This document shows, piece after piece, positions 55,844 to 64,000 of a stretch of 64,000 nt of DNA. The DNA lies in NCBI GenBank assembly GCA_964016885.1, contig OZ024758.1, forward strand, positions 1,364,001-1,428,000, read 5' to 3'. Made by a program: the position numbers and the translations under genes. Source of the DNA: Eledone cirrhosa (taxonomy: Eukaryota). A model generated the notes under the pieces. The model ran no database searches. It saw only the letters and a program-made list of their open reading frames with translations, and was not told the DNA's origin. Position 1 is the stretch's first letter. Every line of letters starts with the position of its first letter.

Positions 55844-56104
55844 ATCAACAAAGCGAGACGCACAAGACAATGACAGTGGAAATAACAGAAAAACAAACAG
55901 CCCCTTCTCTTCAGCGAACCTCTAGAAATCACTATAATTCCTGTGCATGTTGAGAGACAGAGTATAGGTTTATATAGCGCCCGGCGGTGCTATGAAGTTA
56001 GACATGGCCTCGGCCAATACTGACCGAAAACTATCAAAGTTGATCAAAGTTTTATATATATATATATATGGGTGTGTGTATGTATTTAAGTATATATGTT
56101 AGCC

Positions 56105-56142
<38 letters not shown>

Positions 56143-56496
56143 GTCGAAAAAAGTGTAATGCTGGCCTTTTTTCATTGCGCATGTGTAACCGGAAGCCTCG
56201 AGGCTTTTCAACAGAAAGTAGCACTGATTAAAATCAATAGGATATATATTTCCATATTACATTATCTTTTATATATACATATGTATGTTATTTATTTAAA
56301 CATCTACATAAGTGCATGTATAAATATATATATATATATATATATATTTATTTATATATATATATTTATTTATATATATATATATATTTATTTATATATA
56401 TATATTTATATATATATATATATATATTTATTTATATATATATATTTATTTATATATATATATATATATATTTATTTATATGTATATATATTTATT

Positions 56497-56560
<64 letters not shown>

Positions 56561-56626
56561 TATTTATATATATATATATATTTATTTATATATATATTTA
56601 TTTATATATATATTTATTTATATATA

Positions 56627-56695
<69 letters not shown>

Positions 56696-56729
56696 TTATT
56701 TATATATATATATATCATTTATATATATA

Positions 56730-56762
<33 letters not shown>

Positions 56763-57624
56763 GTATATGTGTGTGTGTTTGTGTATATATATGTGTGTGT
56801 TTGTTTATGAATATGTGTGCGTATTTGTGAATCTGTGTGTATGTATGTATGTATGTGTTTTTCTTATATTATAAACATATTTTTCTTACAATAACTATTA
56901 TAGTATATGCAGACATGTCTGCCCATTCATGTCTAACTTTATGTCGTTGAGTGTACACGCATGGATGTGTGTGTGTGTATGTGTGTGTGTGTGTGGGTCC
57001 ACTCCTATATATGCGCGCGCATGTACATGGCCTGACGCCGGACACAAACACAAATCAAATATATTAGCCAATATTAGCCAATATATTTATATGTACATAT
57101 ATATATGTGTGTGTGTGTGTATGGCGTAAGTAGTGTGGTGTCTCTGTGAGTATATGTGTGTATTTGTGTGTATTTGTGTGTGTGCGCGCACGTGTGTGTC
57201 TATGTATGTATATGTGCTTGTGTGTATATGTGTATGTGTGTATGTGTGTATGTGTGTATGTGTGCTTGTGTATGTGTGTATGTGTGTATGTGTGTATGTG
57301 TGTGCTTGTGTGCGTGTGTGTATGTGTGTGTGTATGCTTGTGTGTGTGTATGTGTGTATGTGTGTATGTGTGCTTGTGTATCTGTGTTTGTGTATATGTG
57401 TATGTGTGTGTGTGTGTGCGTCTGTGTGTGTGTGCGTATGTGTGTGTGTGTCCTCCAATGTTTAATTAAAGGAAACATCGTTGGTTTTCAACTTTGAATA
57501 CAAAATATTTTTATTATTGTTTCATTATTGCCATAGATTTTATATAGTTTTATTTTGATTTTAAAGATATTTTTGAAGAAGAACAAGGACCCATATATTT
57601 ATTTAAACATGTGGAGAGGTATAA

Positions 57625-58215
57625 TCGATAAGATCAACTCCACTACATGATAGGTACTTTATATTATCGATCAGGAGGAAAATCAAAGTCAATCTTAATG
57701 GGACGTTAAATCGGTTTGGGAAAAAGTTGTGTTTATTACTGGGTATGTCTTTCGGTTCTCTCTACTGGCCGTCTCGATCTATAAACCTCTTAATAAGTGT
57801 TTCTACTTTTGGCAGGCACAAGGCCAGCAATTACCCCTAGTGTATTACTGGTACATTATTTTATAAACCGCGTATGGATGAAAGGCAAAGTTAAAGTGCA
57901 TAGTTTAATTAATATTAGTTTCTGATTTAGACATAAGACCAACAATTTTGGAGGAGGGGAAAGTTGATTAAATCGACCTCAGTGCATGACATTTTAAGGA
58001 TGAAAGGCAAAATTAACCTCGGCGGAATTTGAACGCACAACGTAAAGGGCCATAATTCTATGCTGCAAAGCATGGTGTCTGACGCTCTAATTATTTTTAC
58101 TTCAGGACCAATAACAAAGTGAAGTTAAGAGATTTGAACTCAGAACATAAAGAGCGAAAACAAAGTGTTAAACTTTTGCCCCTCGTTATAATGACTTTAC
58201 CCATCCACAGCCCTT
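57625..58215 (-). mobile_element. Cluster of 3-4 Meta-type SINE copies or fragments
   Basis: Repeated family motifs on the same strand. Confidence 0.7.
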
Positions 58216-58711
58216 AACATATTAGCAATATCAATAGAGATAATATGATTGATATCTGAAGGCCATATAGTTCTAGGACTTGGTTATTGTTGAGAGGACG
58301 AGAAGTATATTTCAGTATTATTTTTCTCTGGATCCCTGAGATATTCAAGGTATATTTATATCTCATTATAGTAAGCTACCAGTAATATAACCTGAGATTC
58401 CATTTGACTAATCTACTCTTCAGATTTACAAACGTTATAAATATATTGATGACAGTATCCCTATTATCATCATCATTATCATAATTATTGTCATGTTATC
58501 ACTATTAATAGTCTATTACCTTTTAACCTATCATAACTTTGACTTATAACTTGTATTAAATAAACTATCAACTATTAGTGGTGATATTATTCTCAGTTGC
58601 CCCTAACCCTACTTTTCTGGTTAATATAAGGTATTTTTTCAGAATCATGAAGGCCCCAGACAAAATACCTCAAATATTTGTTCTGGATGATCACGGTCAT
58701 AAGGATATACT

Positions 58712-58767
58712 ATGGCAGCGCCCCAGCATGGCCTCAGCCTGTCGGCTGAATCAGGTAAAAGTGTAAA
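58712..58767 (+). mobile_element. Orphan retroposon 3' tail
   Basis: gcgcccccagcatggcctcagcc..ggctgaa.cag.taaaag; also inverted at 63476-63535. Confidence 0.55.
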
Positions 58768-58939
58768 CGACAGATCGAATCACTTCGCTATAGTTACAGT
58801 CTAGTACTGACGCCGATTTAATCGAATAATATTTCACCTTAAAAAATAGATATTGTGTATTTATAACTATGTTAGAAATTATTATACCGGGAATAATTAT
58901 TATTAAACTTTAAAATTATATGAATGCATAATAATAATA

Positions 58940-59760
58940 ATTGTTTCTTATTTAGGCACAAAACCAACAATATTTTTTGGGGGGGGGGAGGGGGAGTAAA
59001 ATTCATTAAAATCTACACCAGTGCATTACCGGTACTTTATTTTATCGACCTTGTAGGACAAAAAGCAAAACTAACCGGCAGGATTTGAACTCAGAACATA
59101 AAGGGCCGTAGCTCTATGCTGTAAAACCTGTTGCCCGACGCTTTACCGAAATAAAAATAATGATGGTCTGTGATTTAGGAAAAAAAGCCAACAAATTTAG
59201 GGGAGGGGAAAGTCGATTAAATCTCCCCCATTGTATTACTGGTACTTTATTTTATCAACCCTGTAGATTAAAAAGCAAAGCTAATCGGCGGGATTTGAAC
59301 TCAGGTCATAAAGGGTCGTAGCTCTACGCTGTAAAGGATGGTGTCCGACGTTCTACTGAAATAATAATAATGATGGTTTCTGATTTAGACACAATGTCAA
59401 CAATTTGGTGTGAGGGGAAAGTTGATGTCTGGTACTTTATTTTATCGGCTCCGTGTCCGACGCCCCATTGAAATAATAATAATAATAATTGTTTCTACTT
59501 TTGGCACAAGGCCAGCAATTACTCAGTACATTACTGGTACTTTATTTTATCGACCCCGTAAGGATGAAAGGCAAAGTTAACCTCGGCGGGATTTGAACTG
59601 AGAATAATGATTTCTTGTATAGGCACAATGTCAGTAATTTTTTTTTGGGGGGGGGGGGGAGTCAATTAAATCGACACCAGTATATTACTGGTACTTTATT
59701 TTATCAAGCCGGTAAGGATGAAAAGCAAAGTTTACCTCGGCGTGATTTGAACACAGAACT
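58940..59760 (-). mobile_element. Array of five head-to-tail Meta-type SINE copies with (AAT)n-rich spacers
   Basis: Copies at about 58940-59148, 59162-59358, 59372-59465, 59488-59602 and 59608-59760. Confidence 0.85.
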
Positions 59761-60284
59761 TAATAATAAAAACTGATAACTTTAAGAATAAAAAGTAAGA
59801 AAAATAACTGATGATAAGAAAAAGAAAATCATTAAATAAAATTATTTTTTTTGAAAAAATATTTTTTGTACAGAACCAAAACAATAAAAAAAAACAACTG
59901 AAAATGAAATATAAATCTTTGATAAAAGATATAAATAATATTGGAAGAGACTTGATAAAATATAAACTTAACACAGACAGAATAATGAAAGCAAGTTAGA
60001 AACAAATCAACATTTTCTTACCTAGTGCAGATAATATTATGAACAAGATTAAATAGAAATTTGCCAGTTTAGTGCTAGTTTCCATTCCGAACTCACGTCT
60101 TTTAATTGACAAACGTGCATCTTATCTGAACGACAAAATCCGTTTTCGCAAATTCGTATAAATATACAAATACATGTGCATATAAATACTTTCACACACG
60201 CATATATATGTGTGTGTGTATAAGTGTATATGTATATGTGTATATATATGTGTGCGTGTTTGTGTATATATATGTATGTATGTG

Positions 60285-60359
<75 letters not shown>

Positions 60360-60411
60360 ATATATATATATGTATGTCTGTATGTATTATTTACATGTAT
60401 TTATATGTATG

Positions 60412-60458
<47 letters not shown>

Positions 60459-60582
60459 ATATTATTTTTTTAGTGCTCTTTTCATATGGTACACTTTTTT
60501 TCTTTTTTCTTCTTTTAATTCTTCTCATATATAAATATAAATATATATATACATATTTATAAATATAAATATATATATATAA

Positions 60583-60643
<61 letters not shown>

Positions 60644-60692
60644 AATATATATATAAATATATATATAAATATATATATAAATATATATATAA

Positions 60693-60731
<39 letters not shown>

Positions 60732-60991
60732 CTGTATGTCTTTCTTATACAATATTTATTATATTTTTATCTTTTTAATCATAATGCCAGCAGAAGACAA
60801 TGATATTCTTAATGTTTACTGCAAGATAATATAATTCTCATCTTCTTTCTCGACATGCTATATATGCAAATATATATAAACATCGTATATAAAGATAGGA
60901 AGGTATTTTTAAATAGCGCCATTTGGATAGGTTCCTAGAAAATATGGCTGAAACATTATTAGAACCATCTTTGTGTTGATTATCATTACCT

Positions 60992-61049
<58 letters not shown>

Positions 61050-61060
61050 GAGAAGGAGGG

Positions 61061-61120
<60 letters not shown>

Positions 61121-61147
61121 CAGCAGCAGCAGTAGTAGTAGTAGTAA

Positions 61148-61186
<39 letters not shown>

Positions 61187-61562
61187 GTAATTATGGCGGA
61201 GTCTGTAATAGTGATGGTGATGGTGATGGTGTTTGGTTGTGGTAGGAGGGTGAAATGGTAACAGTTTTTAGTGTGGTGAATTTAGTGTTGAATGTGATTG
61301 GTAGAGTAGAGGAGGCGGTGTTGTCGGCAGTATTTTGATGATGTTAATGATGATGATAGTAGTAGGAGGAGGGGAGACAAGGGTGGTGGTGGTGTTGGTT
61401 GTAGTAGTGCTGTTGAAATGGTGGCGCGAATTTCGTTTACATTCTATTTAGCTGAATTATTGCCTGGTCTCTCGTGTAACTCACAACATTACTATAGAGA
61501 TGCTGCCATATCATGTGTGTGTGTAGATGCATGTATCTATCTATCTATATATATATGTGTAT

Positions 61563-61680
<118 letters not shown>

Positions 61681-61754
61681 AAGGAAAAAGCTAAACAGTG
61701 CTCGATCGGGAAGAGAGATGATATATTATATTATTTATATAAGAATATATATAT

Positions 61755-62002
<248 letters not shown>

Positions 62003-62108
62003 TTTTTAAGAATGTTTACATATATATATGTTTATATATGCTCTTATATATATGTTTATGTGTTTGTTTTATATGTGCCTTTATGTATATGCCTATGATT
62101 ACGTGTGC

Positions 62109-62145
<37 letters not shown>

Positions 62146-62160
62146 CGTGTGTGCGTGTGT

Positions 62161-62222
<62 letters not shown>

Positions 62223-62560
62223 GTATTGATATACAATCGCACACATGTGTGTCATTCAAAGTGAATCTGCAAGTTTGTGTGAGCGAGGCCTATGTTTACA
62301 TGCGTCCAGTCACAGTACTTTAAATGATGTGATGTGATGTGATGCGTATCTGTCTGATTGTGTGTGTGTGCGTCTGTGAGTGTGTGTGCGTCTGTGAGTG
62401 TGTGTGTGTTGAAGGGGGAGGCGTCGCTGCTTTTGTTACTACAATGAACCTGTTGTGAACTCTGTGTGTGTAAAAGGATAACTACAATAGGAGAGATATA
62501 TAAATATTTATTTATGCTTATCACTATAGGCATATATATATATATATATACATATATATA

Positions 62561-62623
<63 letters not shown>

Positions 62624-62805
62624 CTGTGTATATATATATATGTGTGTGTATGTGTATATATATATGTGTGTGTGTACACGTTACTAAGTTACTAAGCCTG
62701 GCTTCTATTTTACCATTTGCTACTAAATTTTTCTATAGATTCGTCTCCAATGGCAACTAACACTAACTCACTCATTTCTTTATGCATTTAATCTAATTTT
62801 TTCAC

Positions 62806-62806
62806 T

Positions 62807-62865
<59 letters not shown>

Positions 62866-63205
62866 CTCTTTCTCTTCCCCTCTCTCCTTCCCCTCTCTCT
62901 CTCTTCTTCTCTCTCTTTCTATCTTTCTCTCTCCTTTCCTCTCATCTACTCACACTCTCTCTCTTCATCTCTTTCTTTCACCTTTTCTCTCTCTCTTCCC
63001 CTCTCTCACTCCCTCTCTCACTCCCTCTCTCTCTCTTCTTCTCTCTTTTCCTCTCTCTCTCTCTCTCTTCCTCTCTTTCTCTCGCCTTTTCTATCTCTCT
63101 CTCTCTCTTCCCCTCTCTCACTCCATCTCTCTCTTCCTCTCTTTCTTCCTCTCTTCCTCTCTCATCTACTCTCTCTCTCTCTCTCTCTCAATTCTTCTCT
63201 TTCTT
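62806..63205. repeat. Polypyrimidine (CT-rich) low-complexity tract, about 400 bp
   Basis: Read directly. Confidence 0.9.
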
Positions 63206-63412
63206 TCTACTTTAGGCACAAGGCCAGCAATTTGAAGGGGAGAGGAAAGTTGAGTAAATCAACTCCCAGTACATTACTGGTACTTTATTTTATTGTCCCC
63301 GTAAGGAAGGAAGGCAAAGCTAACCTCGGCAAGATTTGATTTCAGAAAGTAAAGGGCTGTCATTCTTCCACAAAGCATTGTGTCCGACGCTCTACTGATT
63401 CTGACTATCCAC
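63203..63412 (-). mobile_element. Meta-type SINE (long subfamily)
   Basis: Family core and boxes present. Confidence 0.8.
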
Positions 63413-63475
63413 GAGCCTAGCTACCATTCATAATAAAAGATATATAGGTTTCGTATATATAAAGATTTCGTTAAA

Positions 63476-63535
63476 CTCTTTTACTCTTTTATCTGTTCCA
63501 GCCATTCGGCTGAGGCCATGCTGGGGCACCGCCCT
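63476..63535 (-). mobile_element. Orphan retroposon 3' tail
   Basis: Inverse match to 58712-58767. Confidence 0.55.
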
Positions 63536-63569
<34 letters not shown>

Positions 63570-64000
63570 AATCTACATTATAAAAAAGAATAACACAACA
63601 TTAACAATAATTCAACTGAAAACATATATATATATATTCATGATATTTAGAATCAAATAAAACGTATTAAATCAATATTAAATCAATATAAAACAATATT
63701 TATCAAACTTTATCGAAACTTGCAGAGTAACAGAAAAGTTCAAAAATGTTTCGAGGTAAAATTATATTGAGTGATCAAGTATGAAATTTGTAGTAAAAAA
63801 CTAAGTTTGTTAATGTTTTTACAAATTTCATAATTGACGAACCAATAAATCTTGCATCATACATCGTAAATAAATAACATCAATGACCTGTATACACATA
63901 AGATACACATTAGTACGTACATACATTCATATACACACACACACAGATATATGTATATATATACACACACATATATAAAGAGAGAGAGAGAGAGAGAGTA

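Overview
AT-rich, microsatellite-saturated, non-coding eukaryotic DNA with a 200-N gap at 5869-6068. The repeat families look like those of octopus or other coleoid molluscs; this is inferred from recognition, not from a search. No intact protein-coding gene is supported, and all long ORFs are translations of tandem repeats. The window holds about 30 tRNA-derived SINE copies (a Meta-domain-type family, often in head-to-tail clusters, and a CORE-type family), a TA-flanked mariner-like MITE family, an RTE LINE 3' end, a decayed Helitron Rep/Pif1 remnant, two satellites (19-bp and 47-bp units) and a tRNA-like cloverleaf. The strongest signal is a set of short elements, mostly within (TA)n tracts, carrying type-I hammerhead ribozyme (HHR) folds from at least five unrelated sequence families. 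Many sit in fold-back palindromes whose junction lies in or beside the ribozyme. One has a compensatory U3-A8 core inside a perfect 140-bp direct repeat, and one family has a CAGAAGA (U4A) core. This fits Penelope-like pLTR or retrozyme-type elements. All folds were read by eye and none has been tested for activity.
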